Positions 24,880-36,586 are shown, counted from the stretch's first letter. The stretch is 43,240 nucleotides of DNA from Macrostomum lignano (GCA_002269645.1 NIVC01004528.1:1-43240); one strand, 5' to 3'. Numbers and translations are program-made. The notes: generated by a model from the sequence alone, not told the origin.

Positions 24880-25168
24880 GCAAAAATTATAATGCAATGC
24901 CTTCGGCGACATCTTGACCCACAACACAACAGTGCAGAAGCAATTCCACTCATTCCACTGACTTCTGAGCACACCCACCACACGTTCTCATAGTCAGGCA
25001 TGTACACTCTCTGCGCCTTGGGGGGTTGGCCCTCATGAGTGCGAATCGCTCGACAACCCCTGTTCAAATCTTTGTGCACAAGCCCGGTTGAAATGAATGC
25101 GGCCGCGCTCGGAATCGAACGTATGGCTAAGAGTCAGACGTGTTTACAACTGAGCTGCTATGCCCCCC
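24880..25168 (-). mobile_element. tRNA-derived SINE, family B, longest copy
   Basis: Minus-strand head GGGGGGCATAGCAGCTCAGTTGTAAA...GTTCGATTCCGAG; body homologous to the 12605, 19908 and 14985-15150 copies. The 3' boundary is approximate. Confidence 0.7.
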
Positions 25169-28100
25169 GCATATACGGATTGGCAAATGCAAATTAGACT
25201 GGCACAAATGGAACGACAGACCTTTAAATATACGAGTAGGAAGTAGTGAGTACAGCTGAGCACTGATAGAAACAGAGATTGCTAATTCGAGCTGGCTGGT
25301 AGAAATGCGAGTAAAAAATGGCCTTTCTAAAAGGGGTCAAGACTCCGCACCACATCCGCGCCGTCTGAAGCCTTCCCCCCGGGGCTGCGAATTTATTGAT
25401 ACAAGGCGACTCGAGCATATGAGGGGACCGCCTGTCAGTCTGTTTCTCTCCCGCGGCCAAAAACCGAAACCCCACTTCGGCATATAGCTCGTATAGCTTA
25501 TATTCGCGCGATTGGTTGCCAGGCCTGTCCTGGAAATGCGATACATGTTTATGAGACTAGAATTGTGTTATACGACTCAATTTCCGTTTGGTAGTGCAAC
25601 GATTGTTTTTTCGGCGACGACCATTTTGACAGCTCAGTAGATGCGGATATTAACACACTTAAGTGTCTATTGAGCAATGAGCGGTTTTATTCTCTAGCTC
25701 ACTGGCACAAGCGCGCAGGCTCTGGACTGGCAAAAAGGTAAACCTTGGCATAAACGCCGCACCGGCGCTGTCAATCTTTGGCACAAGCGCGCAGGCAAAT
25801 GACGGCAGCCAGAGTCAGCAGTGCTCATTATCGCAACACATTTATTTGCTCAATTCCCCGAAGCGCTTCACACCGCTCACTCAGCAGGAGTCTTCTCTGG
25901 CAATACCGCTGACGTTTCTGTTTGTTTGTGCCAGGACTGGTGCTCATGAGGCTTTAGAACAATTGAAGATACAACTTTAACAAGTGATCAACTGCATTAC
26001 GCACTACGTGGCTTCGTACATGTATTAATTAAAGTTGGCAAGCATTTTTGGACACATCGAGAGGAACAGGTAGACCGGGTCACCTCGGTTTGAACGAGAT
26101 GTTTTCGCCAGTTCCACATTTGCTAAGCACTGCAGCGGACAAATGCGAAGAAAGCCATGCAAAGCCTATAACTAGGTTTGTTGCTGCTCAGTAATGCAGC
26201 AACGAATTTTTTAAGTTATTAGTTAAGTTAATAATTTTTTAACTTGTGCAGGGCTGCGCAAATAAACTCGTTTTAAGGTTTCCATCAAATTCAAACTTCC
26301 ACCGCTTCGTCCCCCTCCCCCTTCCATTCTACTCTTGCAAAGAAGAGTAGAAGACTGACAGAAGGCTTCTTGTGCTCCAGGAGTGTATTGCTCATGCATG
26401 CGCAAGTTTTTTGCACACTGAGCCCAGAGCATTGCCTAACTGTCCCGCACAACCGGTTCAGCAAGCACACTGCTTACTCCGCAAGGCCTTTGTTCATTAT
26501 TGCTGAACAGTGCTCTAACAGGTGAATATCAAAATTTCAGGCCAGGCCACACGGCAAGGCCTGCTGCTGATGCTGTCTGGTGGGCACAAACAGAAGAAAA
26601 TAGAACAGAAGAAGATAAGTCAATAATAGATCCCAGCATGGCTGCATCAATGTTTGCCAACACTTCTGTAGAGGCCTTCGCATCGCAGAGCTTAATATAC
26701 AAGATAATTGCTTTCAGAATTTTCAAGGTATTGTACTGGTATGGGAGCACTTGAAGGACCTCACAATGAGCCAGCTGTCAACTGGAAGAGCAGCAAAGCT
26801 GTATGGCCAAGTCAATATACTCTCATTTTTCTCATTCTACTCGGTGTTGACTGTACAAGCCGCGGCCACTTGCAGAGCGGTCCGATTCAATTGACTTCGA
26901 TTTTCTCCTCAGATGCGCGACAGCCTCGCCATCAATCCGCGAGCAGCCAAACTTTTGCTCTGTGGCGGCCTCATTTCTCCCCATCACTCTTCCACTATGC
27001 TTGCCTGTCACTTCATCATGACGACTTAGCGGGTCAACTCCATTTTTCCACTTTCATATTGCGGCCTGTTTTCTCTACCGATTCAGCCAAATTTAATCAC
27101 TACACTCGGTGCTATAGCGAGCCCTCTTCACCAGCCATCATCAACGACTTGCATATGGCCAATCGATGCTTGAGAATTGACAGACAGGTCCACCACGGCT
27201 ACCATGCCGTCAATTGCCGTCACATACACACACGGATAGGAGGAATTGAGTGCCAGGTAAACTACGAGTATGAACGCGAATTTTAGATTAAAATTTGTAG
27301 CTACTAAATAATTAATTTATTGCAGCAGAATCGATAATCGTGCCCAGTAAAGTTTGACCTTACGAGGAATAGCGCGACAAAATTCAGTCAATAATCTTCC
27401 CCTAGCATTTAGAAGAAAGGCATATAAAGTGATGTCCGCTTAAATAAGCTTAATTGGCGATCTAGCGCTACATAATCAGGCAATTTCTCCTTATCCCAAA
27501 GGAATAATGCAAAAATGCACAATGCGCAGGACACCAATGCCTAACAAGCAGAATAGAAAGCCAACTAATTGACTTTTCGTGTGCAGCCGCGGTGGGTCGA
27601 GCAGGAAGAGGAAGAATGAAACCTGGAGCTGGGATATCACTGACACTTGATCTTCAGGGCATCCATGCTGACCGCCATTCAAAGTTAACGAAGCACGTGA
27701 CTGATAGTACAATGATAGGAAATTCGTAAACAATCTGAATGAGGCCAGCGGTGTGCTTTGGTGTGCGACAATAAAGCTGGCTTATTTCTGTTACACTACG
27801 ACATTTGTTCAGCACATTAAGCTGTAAAGCACTTAACAGCAGAGAGGTGTTTGCGGTAATTCAAGTCTGGGGAGGCGATAAATCGGATCCAGACTCCTCG
27901 TTTGTGGATGATATATTGACGAGTTAAGCCTGGGATCAAAGCAGTGCGCACTCACAGTTAACAGGAACCTCTAATCCGCAAGGGCGGGCATAAATTGTAG
28001 CAATTATTCAGTGCTGACTTGAATCTGCATGAATTCACGAACCTCTCTCGCAACAGAGACTAACAGCTACTCGACCTGTAGGCACATTATAGAGCGTATG

Positions 28101-31100
28101 ACAAAACTAATGAGCAAGATCGACTGATGATCCTACCTGGCTCACGTATCGAAAAAAGCTTACTGTTAATTCTTAAATTCTTAGTTAAGTACTTGAAAAG
28201 TTTGTACTAGCAGTGCTGGCAATACTTATTGTAAGCCGCTAAGCCACTGCATCCGTGACGCATAGCCTTCACTCAGACAATCATCAAATTTAATATTTCG
28301 TGAAGCTTTGATTTGTCAACTTGAAAAAGTACTTTGCATCTGTTTTCTACCGTTATAGTTTCTTCGAATATACGAACTCATCAGAATATATGGCTTGGCA
28401 GGATTCAGTAACGATCAATTAGACGATCGAAGGAACAAGAAATGATAGGTTGTCAGCTCTCTTTTTCTGCTTTATTTTTTTCGAGAAAGAAAGATAAGCC
28501 GATGAGATGGAGGAGGCGAACTTATTTAGCTTTAGGCCACTCGGCAAGGCCGGGAGCCGAGCTGCAGCAGCTGATTACTGCAATGCTAATACTTCGGTGC
28601 AGTTGCATTAATTAATTTATGGTGCAGGGCGCCAAGATTTTTTAACGGGGAAAGTTTTTTGTCTCATCAGCATTGAAAGTTGGTTAAGCTGCTTATGACT
28701 AAAAATAACCAGGCTTGACGACGAACAAACGATTTCAAGAACGAACTAGAGCCGGTGGGGCTGCCAGGAAACTGCAAGCCTACACAATCTTTCATTTTCT
28801 CTCTTGCTTGAAGGCTTTAGTCATTCACAGTTGCAAGGGATTTAGTTCCATTACCCACTGACAGCGTGCATTGGTTAGGATATAATGCATCGAACAGTCT
28901 GAAAGGCACACGAATTGACCGAATCGTGTGCCTCACATTGCAGCCAAATGTGAGGGCGCACGAGTCGTATTTTTCGCTTATCTGTGCGAATGCCGCCGCG
29001 GTGCAGTTATTCAGATGGATTGAGGATTTCGAGCGAGGGGACATGTCTTGCGAGGCTGCAGACGCAGCCGGCTGATACATTCAGCTGTGTGGCGGCATCG
29101 CACGCCCTCAGCACATGGCGGCCATGAGGAGAAGCCTTCCCATAGTCGTGTTTACGCGGTGTTTACGCTGCCTAAACCTCTCCCTATCCTGCTGCCATGC
29201 GTAGCGCAAGTCACTACTATCTGGCGATCCAGCGCAGCGTTATATACGGCTGGTGCTGTAGCTCTAGCATCTGCATTACGAACGTACACTTAATGCAACT
29301 CCAGTTGTGCCAGAAGTCTGGCCAATAAAAAAACTATTCCAAACGAAGTATCTAATTCACAGAACCGCACGGATTCACATCGATGCCACTAGAAACAGAA
29401 ACCAACCGAGAAGAGTCCTTCAGAAACAGGCATTCGGCATTGAGAGTTGAAACTCATGTGCAGCGGAGATCGCCAAAGACCACAAAAAGCCGGGTCAATA
29501 AGAATGACAAGCTCCAATTGACCCGACCGGCAGGCAGACACGACTATCCAAGCGGAGCAGGCGAAGGCAGAGAGAGGCCCGTCTGCTTTAACCAGCCCTG
29601 CGGGCGATTCTCGGCGGATCAGCTCTGTGAAAGATTGAATTATCTGACAGACACCACAGGCCGTGAGTAGCTATAATATAAGTTCTGTTTCGCTTTAATG
29701 CACTTCAGCAGCAGCATCTTTGTGCACACGCGAGCAGCTGCCAATGCACTTTTTAGCTCCGTTGCTTGCTTGCGCCTGCACAAAAATCATATCCATTCTC
29801 GAGTCGCTAGTCTGATTGAATCTATGAACTTCTATGAGTGGTAGAATTACAGGTGTTGATAGAACAGGATAAAAGGCTTGATGGTGTGTCGATGCTTTTC
29901 CTAATATTTTTATTTGAATAAATTATCAAAGCAACGTGATTTTACACAACCGTAGAATTATTATTAAGATAAATAACCCAAGCTAATTAGCAATTCATAA
30001 CTGAGCCCACAGATACTAGAATAATAAGGCAACACAGACTGTGCCTTAAACAAAAGCGTCTGTTACCTGGGCTATAATTCAATCCAACACAGATAGATAG
30101 ATAGATAGGTTCATTGATTGATTGATATGTAGATAGTTTATCTGTCTTCTATCTATCTATTTATCTACATATCTATCCCCGAACGTAGCTCCCAACGCTT
30201 TACTCTCTAATTACTAAATCTAAAATGCAAAGATAATGAGCAAGATAAAACATCACAGTACATGTGCCACTTGGTGAGTCAAATTGTTGTGAAGAGTGTC
30301 CGATTGCAATAGTTAATAGTAGTGTGAAATTTTGTCCAGATCAAAATGCAACAACCTGTTTATTGTAGCTTGATGCTTGCTGACTTAAATTATGCATTTT
30401 TATGCCCTCGCCTTGCTTTAATAATGGTAATAAAATAGAGATTTTGCATGGCATGACGGTTAATAAATTTTTGAGCTTGCACTCTAGCCAGAACAAAAAA
30501 ATGTTTAGACGCACAGTCTGCCTACTTTAGCAAATAAACCTGAAGTAGTCAGATAAGAAAATGCGGGAGCTAAATAGGCTGTGTGTTGCAAAATAAAATA
30601 TAATTAAAAGTATAAACAATAGACGCAGACAAAAACTAGGTACGAAAAAGTTCAGTGAAAGTTTCACCCAAATAGCACCAACTAAAATACAGCCGAAAAT
30701 GCACAGAAGAAAACAATATAGAGAATAGTTGGAGCACATCGGTATTAGAACAGGATTGAAGTTGTTTTCTTTTATTAATTTAGGTTTGAGTTTAATGTAT
30801 ATATACATGTATATGTGAGATCATAAATAGGCCAAGTTTAGATGACAGTATGAAGGACAATATAAATACATTGAACTGCAAGCTCGCAGTAAGCGGTTTC
30901 ACAAGCTAAACAGACTGTGTATGAAAAATGCAACCCAAATGAACGGAAATGTTCAGCCAAATAAGATTTGAGCCTAACCCGCTTGGACAGACTGGGAAGA
31001 TAAAAAATTGGAATATTTACTAAGATAAAGTGAACAAAAGTATTAATAATTTTATAACTAATAATGCACACAAGATTGGCAGGTATATAGTAGTAGAATA

Positions 31101-31156
31101 GAGTAAAATATATTGCAAGCCCAACACAAAGCACCTACTACTTTAAGTAGCTTATA

Positions 31157-32811
31157 TCAATGCTTCTGACTGTTAACAATCTTGCGCAGATTTGCGCCAG
31201 GCGGAGTGTTCCACACGGCGCTGCTGCTCCTTGGCGCCTTCTCAGCGGCCGCTGGGAACACCAGCTTCATTGTGGCTGCCAGGTCCAAGGTCTCAACTGG
31301 TTTGAACACCGACCACCAATGCGGACCGCGGAGGGTCTGCTTAGCGAAGAAGCGGTGCTTATGGTTGCCCTGCACCCAGCGAGGCAGCGCGTGCCGCGGC
31401 GCGTCCTCGTTATCGGTCTCGGCGTCCGAGTTCAGATCGTCAAGCGGATAGGTCTGCGGCGACGAGCGCGGCGGCGGGATCAGCTTCTTCTCGTAGGCGG
31501 TGGTTGGCACAAACGGCTGCGACACTTTCAGCGCCTCCGACTGCTTCTTCCAGGCTAGCTGGGACTCGCGCTCCTCAGCTTGCACTGCCGCTACCGCTTC
31601 CTCCGCCGCTTTGCGTCTGCGCTCGGCCTCCTCGGCCGCCGCCTTACGCTGCCGTTCCGCTTCCTCCTCTTTCGCTTTCCGATTTCGTTCAGCTTCTTCA
31701 GCTGCTTTTTTCTTTGCCTCTTCAGCAGCAGCCAACCGCTTCCGCTCTGCTTCTTCAGCCGCTCTTTTTCGTTCCGCTTCTTCCTCTGCCAATTTTCGTG
31801 CCGCCGATCGCTTGCGATCCGCCTCCTGCTTTTCGGCCAACTTTCTGCTCTCCTCCTCTTCAGCCGCTTTCCTTTCGCGCTCCGCCTCCTCATTTTTGCG
31901 CCGCTGTTCCTCCTGCTTTTTCTGCACTTCCTCGGCTTTGCGCTTCTCCTCGGCCTTGCGGTGCTCCTCCTCAGCTCGGCGCTTGCGCTCCGTCTCTTCG
32001 CGTCGTTTGGCCTCGGCCTGCAGAGTCTGCGCCACCCGGCCAGTCAGTTCAGTCTGCGCCAACTTCTGCGCAGACCTAGCCTGAACCTCCTGCTGACGCT
32101 TCTGCGCATTCTCCAGAACGCGTTTGCGCTTCTCCTCCTTGTCGCGAGCCTTCTGCGCGCGCAGCTCTTCGGCTTTCTCGCGGCGCTTGCGCAGGCGCTC
32201 CTCTTCGGCGCGCTCCTTCTCTTCTAGGAGGCGCCGGCGCTGTCGCTCCTCTGCGGCATCGTCAGAGGCGCGCGATACGGCCGCTCCGCCGCCGGCATCG
32301 TGCGGCACCCGAGAGCGCGTCTTGCTACCCTGCGCCTTGCTGGTGGAGGCGGTGCCATACCGACCAGACGATGACGATTGCGGAGCCCCGGCGCCTCCGC
32401 TACACTGACCGGCGACCGGGGTGCGGCCAACAGCGGCGGCAGCGCAGCCATCGTCAACAGACATTAGAGAGACATTGGGGTCCACTAGCTGGCAGCTGAC
32501 ATCCTCTGTCATGTACGACGAGCCGGCTGCTGCCTCCCTATTGACTGCCGGAGTTGAAATCGACGCCTTCTTGGCGCCTTTTGGCGACGAGGCGGCAGCA
32601 GCGGCCCCTACAAAATGCGGAGCGACCAGCGGCGCGTGAAACTGACGTGATACGGCCGTGGCAGCCGGGGTCATGCAGGCCGGGGCCCGGTAAGGAGCTG
32701 CGCCGGCGGTGCGCTGCTTCTTTTTTTCAGCCTCGGCTGTGCCAACGATGCCGCGGGTGAACGGCGAGGCGGCCACGGGAGAGCGAAGCCGCTTTTTGGA
32801 CGACTCGGCAA
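31157..32811 (-). CDS. INCENP: INCENP exon 2: low-complexity region, long E/K/R/A single-alpha-helix, C-terminal IN-box (Aurora-B binding)
   Basis: IN-box YPLDDLNSDAETDNEDAPRHALPRW...RSSSAVWNTPP; SAH segment. CCCCTTCCAG acceptor with AG at 32813-32812; phase 1, in frame with ORF 31157..32776. Confidence 0.92.
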
Positions 32812-32850
32812 CTGGAAGGGGGAGAGGAGATGTGTAATGAAAGAAAGATA

Positions 32851-33292
32851 GCTACTCACCCACTCTACCACTACCACAGCAGTCAGCACTGAAGCTACTC
32901 ACCCACTCTACAACAGCAGTCAGCACTAAGCTACTCACCCACTCTACAACAGCAGCCAGTCAGCACTAAAGCTACTCACCCACTGCAGCCAGTCAGGCAG
33001 CAGCAGTCAGCACTGAAGCTACTCACCCACTGAACCCCAGCAGGCAGTCAGCACTGAAGCTACTCACCCACTGAACCCCAGCAGGCAGTCAGCACTGAAG
33101 CTACTCACCCACTGAACCCCAGGCAGTCAGCAGAAGCTACTCAGCAAGTCAGCAAGCTACTCACCCACTGAACCCCAGCAGGCAGTCAGCAATAAAGCTA
33201 CTCACCCACTGAACCCCAGCAGGCAGTCAGCAATAAAGCTACTCACCCACTGAACCCCAGCAGGCAGTCAGCACTGAAGCTACTCACCCACT
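32851..33292 (-). repeat. ~41-bp tandem array in the INCENP intron; each unit contains the exon-end/5' splice-site sequence GTGG|GTGAGTAGC
   Basis: Plus-strand GCTACTCACCCACT at 32851, 32894, 32930, 32971, 33018, 33059, 33100, 33156, 33197, 33238 and 33279; one broken copy at 33136. Confidence 0.93.
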
Positions 33293-33813
33293 CTGCCAGC
33301 GGCGGCCGGCCGTCCCCTAGCAGACGTGCTATTAGTAGAAATAGCAGCCGACGCAGCCGCGGCCGCCGCTCGCCCGGTGCGGGTGCTGCGAGCCGGAGCA
33401 GCGGAGGCGGCCGCGACAGCCCGAGTACGCGTGGTCCTGGCGCCAGCGCCAGTAGTGTTAGACGCCGCATTGGCGCCAATAATAGGACTACGCGAGCGCC
33501 GTTTTGAACTGGCCTGAACGCCGAGCATTTCAACGCTAAGCGGGCCATAAATATTGTCAGCCCCAATAGTAGCCGTGGTCGCTGTTGACAAGTTCGAAGC
33601 GGCAGTGGCGCCGATTCGCTTAGCTTTTTTCTTGGGCTTCGGAGTCTTAGTGGGCAGGGGATTCAAGTTGCGACCCTCAACGAGGCCGGGCATCCGTTCA
33701 AATGCCTGCTCCAGGAAGGCCAACTGCTCGCTATAGAGCTTCTCCGTGGCCTCCTCGGCCTTCAGACGCCATCGGAGAAGTCCCAGACCGGGAAATGTAG
33801 GGCAGTTGGCCAT
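33288..33813 (-). CDS. INCENP: INCENP exon 1 (putative Survivin/Borealin-binding N-terminus); spliced CDS 2181 nt, 726 aa
   Basis: ATG at 33813; helical N-terminus followed by PLPTKTP; G|GTGAGT donor at 33287 joins in frame (G+TT) to exon 2. Confidence 0.85.
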
Positions 33814-34586
33814 GGCTTTGCTTTGGAGCAGCAATGTGTTAAAAATTATCTATGCTAGACTGCGATGTTCACTTAGTTAGATGGTCAGATTTTTGAAATT
33901 TTAGTCTGAACTTTAAGACGTGAAAGTAGAATTTGATGGGCTGCAGTCTATATTAGAACTTGGGTTGCAACCTATAGTCCTGAGCTGCAGTCTATAAGTA
34001 CCAAATAAATGCATCCTAGAAAAAGCTGGCTTTCTTTCTTTGCCATAGATGCTTGAAGCTTTATGCATCAATGTATCAAGCAATTTAAAAAATTACTATT
34101 TGCAAAACTAAGCCTTGACCACAAAGCATATTTTAGGTATTTTAGATATTTTAGGTACCTAACCATGCATATATAACTGCTAGCCAACCTGGCAAATCCA
34201 GCATTGTAAATAAAAGCTGACAGAGAAAAAAATGCAAAATTGATGAATTTTTAGTCTCTATTGGAATAAATATTGAAAATCTATAGACACATTTTAGAAT
34301 CATATATAAGTGATTTTTTTTCACTTTAGCATTGTATGAAAAAAATTTCCATAGAACTATACCTGTTCTACCTGCAATTAAAAGCTATCAATCAATATAA
34401 ATATATACTACCAGCATATCAATGAAGCAACATTGCATTTGTACAAAATCAAGGCCTATAGATAAGTAAAAGTAGAAATCTAAATTTATTATAACCACTT
34501 TCAATCCCTATTGGAATAAATGTTGAAAACCCACGGACACACGCTTTAGAATAGAGTCAAATTATTTTCCCACGCTTTAGGATTAT

Positions 34587-34917
34587 TAGAGATGTCCCGA
34601 AAGAGCAGTTTCCTCGAAATCAAAATTCGTTAACTTTCCAAACTCAAAATTGAAATTTTCCGAAATCAAAATGCAGAAAAACAAAGTTTAGTATGACCAA
34701 TACTCACTTTTTACATTCAATTTACTGCTTATGCAAAATGAAATACACGTATATGTAGCAGAAATTACTGCTTCTTTAGCGATTTTTTTAGCAATATATT
34801 TAGCGATTTTTTAGACGCTTCCAAATTTTGACTTCTAATTTTATTCGAAATTGAAATTTACTCCTAATAAAAATTCTAATTTTGGAAAATTCAAATTGAA
34901 ATTTCGGAACATCTCTA
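34587..34917. mobile_element. hAT-like MITE, 331 bp
   Basis: TIRs TAGAGATGTCCCGAAA / TTTCGGAACATCTCTA (15/16); flanking 8-mers AGGATTAT / AGCTTTAT (6/8) resemble a decayed 8-bp TSD. Confidence 0.7.
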
Positions 34918-35373
34918 AGCTTTATAAATAATAAGTGTATAGGCCCCTTCCACAAAGGTATTAGATGACCCCTTTCCATGCATATGTATTTGCTAGAGCA
35001 GCAGCCAGCAAGAAAAGGCAGCGCGCGCAGGCGCAGAAAAACTTTTGAAATTTAGAAAAATTTCAAAAGTGCGCCGGATGCCGTCCGCGGATTTACAACT
35101 TTTTCCTATAGGGCTTTCAATCAAAAAAGTTGATAAAATTATCTTTTTACTTTTTAGGCAATAACAAAAAGCATGGACATCTAGTTATCAGGCAAAGATC
35201 TAGAAAACTTTTGAGGGGTGGGGGCAAGCTATACTAGGCACTACAACCCAATATTAGAAAATAGACCTAGCATAGTTGCAGGGAAAAAAGTATGCCCAAC
35301 ATTTTCTTGGCTGCAGCTAAGGGGACAGTAATATCAATAATATGATATTCTACTGGTGATAGCATAGTATATA

Positions 35374-35672
35374 ACATACATGCGCAACCTCCAAAATTCA
35401 ATCGGCCGTGCGACTTAGTTTTAACAAAACTGCAACGTAGTTTTTGGCCAGAAATGAGACTTGCATGTAAAAAAACCGTAAAGCAAAATTAACGCAACTT
35501 TGGGTAAACGGCAGGAGTAACTATAACTGTCTTATTAAGCCAAAATGCCTCGTCAGCTACTTAGTACTACTACTTTGGTGTTTATTGGGTGGGTATTTTT
35601 GCAACTTCCTTGGTTGGCCGCCAAATCGGTCAGCCGGATCGGCTGACTCGGCCAACTGTTGCGCATGTATGG
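35374..35672. mobile_element. Unclassified TIR element (~298 bp) carrying a 28S rRNA fragment, copy 1 (complete)
   Basis: Perfect 14-bp TIR CATACATGCGCAAC (35375-35388) / GTTGCGCATGTATG (35658-35671); TATATA on both flanks; subterminal hairpin 35614-35655. Confidence 0.85.
35502..35565 (+). other. Eukaryotic 28S rRNA fragment (domain IV, H69-H71 region, R2/I-PpoI target) inside the TIR element; not an rRNA gene
   Basis: GGGTAAACGGCAGGAGTAACTATAACTGTCTTATTAAGCCAAAATGCCTCGTCAGCTACTTAGT versus conserved 28S GGGTAAACGGCGGGAGTAACTATGACTCTCTTAAGGTAGCCAAATGCCTCGTCATCTAATTAGT; about 55 of 65 aligned positions match. Confidence 0.9.
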
Positions 35673-36335
35673 TATATAATATCAAGAATTAGACATTCCT
35701 TTGTTTTTTGATATTTGAAATGTTTTATAAAAGTTAGACAAAATTAATTTCTAGAAATCAAAGAGTACTACTTTTATTTGAGTTTAATAAATAGATTCTA
35801 AAAAAATGTATTAAATTCTTAGAAATAGTATATAATAACTTCTGTAATATAATACCCTAGGCTAGGCCCCCCTAACAAAGTTTTGTCACAATGAGTATTG
35901 CAATAAGGCCTATAACTATAATAGCAATATTAGAATAATAATATATATACACTTATATATATAATTTTAAGTATTATTCCAATCATTATGAAAATGTTAA
36001 CCAATAGAACTAATTTATAGACATTAATACTAGACTGAACTTTGCAAATGCAGTTTTAAAAGAAAATCAATGTTGGCCTTAGATATCTATTCAAGTTTGG
36101 TATCCCCAGTTATGCACCATTTGCATTGAATTAGATAAAGGTAAATATTATTTTTATGTTCATATCATTTGTCTTTTTATACATATACATATAATGTATA
36201 TATATACTATAAATTTTAAAATTGTAGCCTTACAGTAAATTAAGTCATGTCTATTACTCTTTTAGGCCTACAATAACTTGTAAACTTAAAGTTCTGGTAC
36301 CTAAACTCAAAAATAGCATTATCATGTTTAACTAT

Positions 36336-36586
36336 TATACATGTGCAACCTCCAAAATTCAGTCAACCATGCAACTTAGTTTTAACAAAAATGCAACAGT
36401 TTTTGGCCAAAAATGCAACTTACATGCAAAAAAACCCTATAAAGCAAAATTAATGCAACTTTGGGTAAATGGCAGGAGTAACTATGACTGTCTTATTAAG
36501 GCAAAACGCCATATCAGCTACTTAGTACTACTTGGTATTTATTTGGGTGGGCATTTTTACAACTTACATTGGTTGGCTGCCAAATC
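36336..36586. mobile_element. Same 28S-fragment TIR element, copy 2 (right end missing, CpG-decayed); 28S fragment at 36463-36526
   Basis: Colinear with 35375-35626; no right TIR or hairpin. Confidence 0.85.

Noticed and set aside
29383-29670. 95-aa ORF ending near a GTGAGT donor-like site
   Set aside because: No recognisable domain or downstream exon; at most a non-coding exon.
30088-30178. (AGAT)n facing (ATCT)n, able to fold back
   Set aside because: Short degenerate microsatellites in opposite orientation are common and there is no further support.
31160-32760. Plus-strand and alternative-frame ORFs over INCENP (and antisense ORFs over the GPCR, ENaC and TEX52-like genes)
   Set aside because: These are shadow ORFs of GC-rich or low-complexity coding sequence.
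33890-33900. TTTGAA (CHR-like cell-cycle element) near the INCENP start
   Set aside because: A 6-mer is expected by chance in AT-rich DNA, and the transcription start is unknown.
35502-35565. Functional rRNA gene or snoRNA guide
   Set aside because: Only ~64 nt of 28S is present, inside a TIR element. It is far longer than a snoRNA guide, and no box C/D or H/ACA layout is evident.
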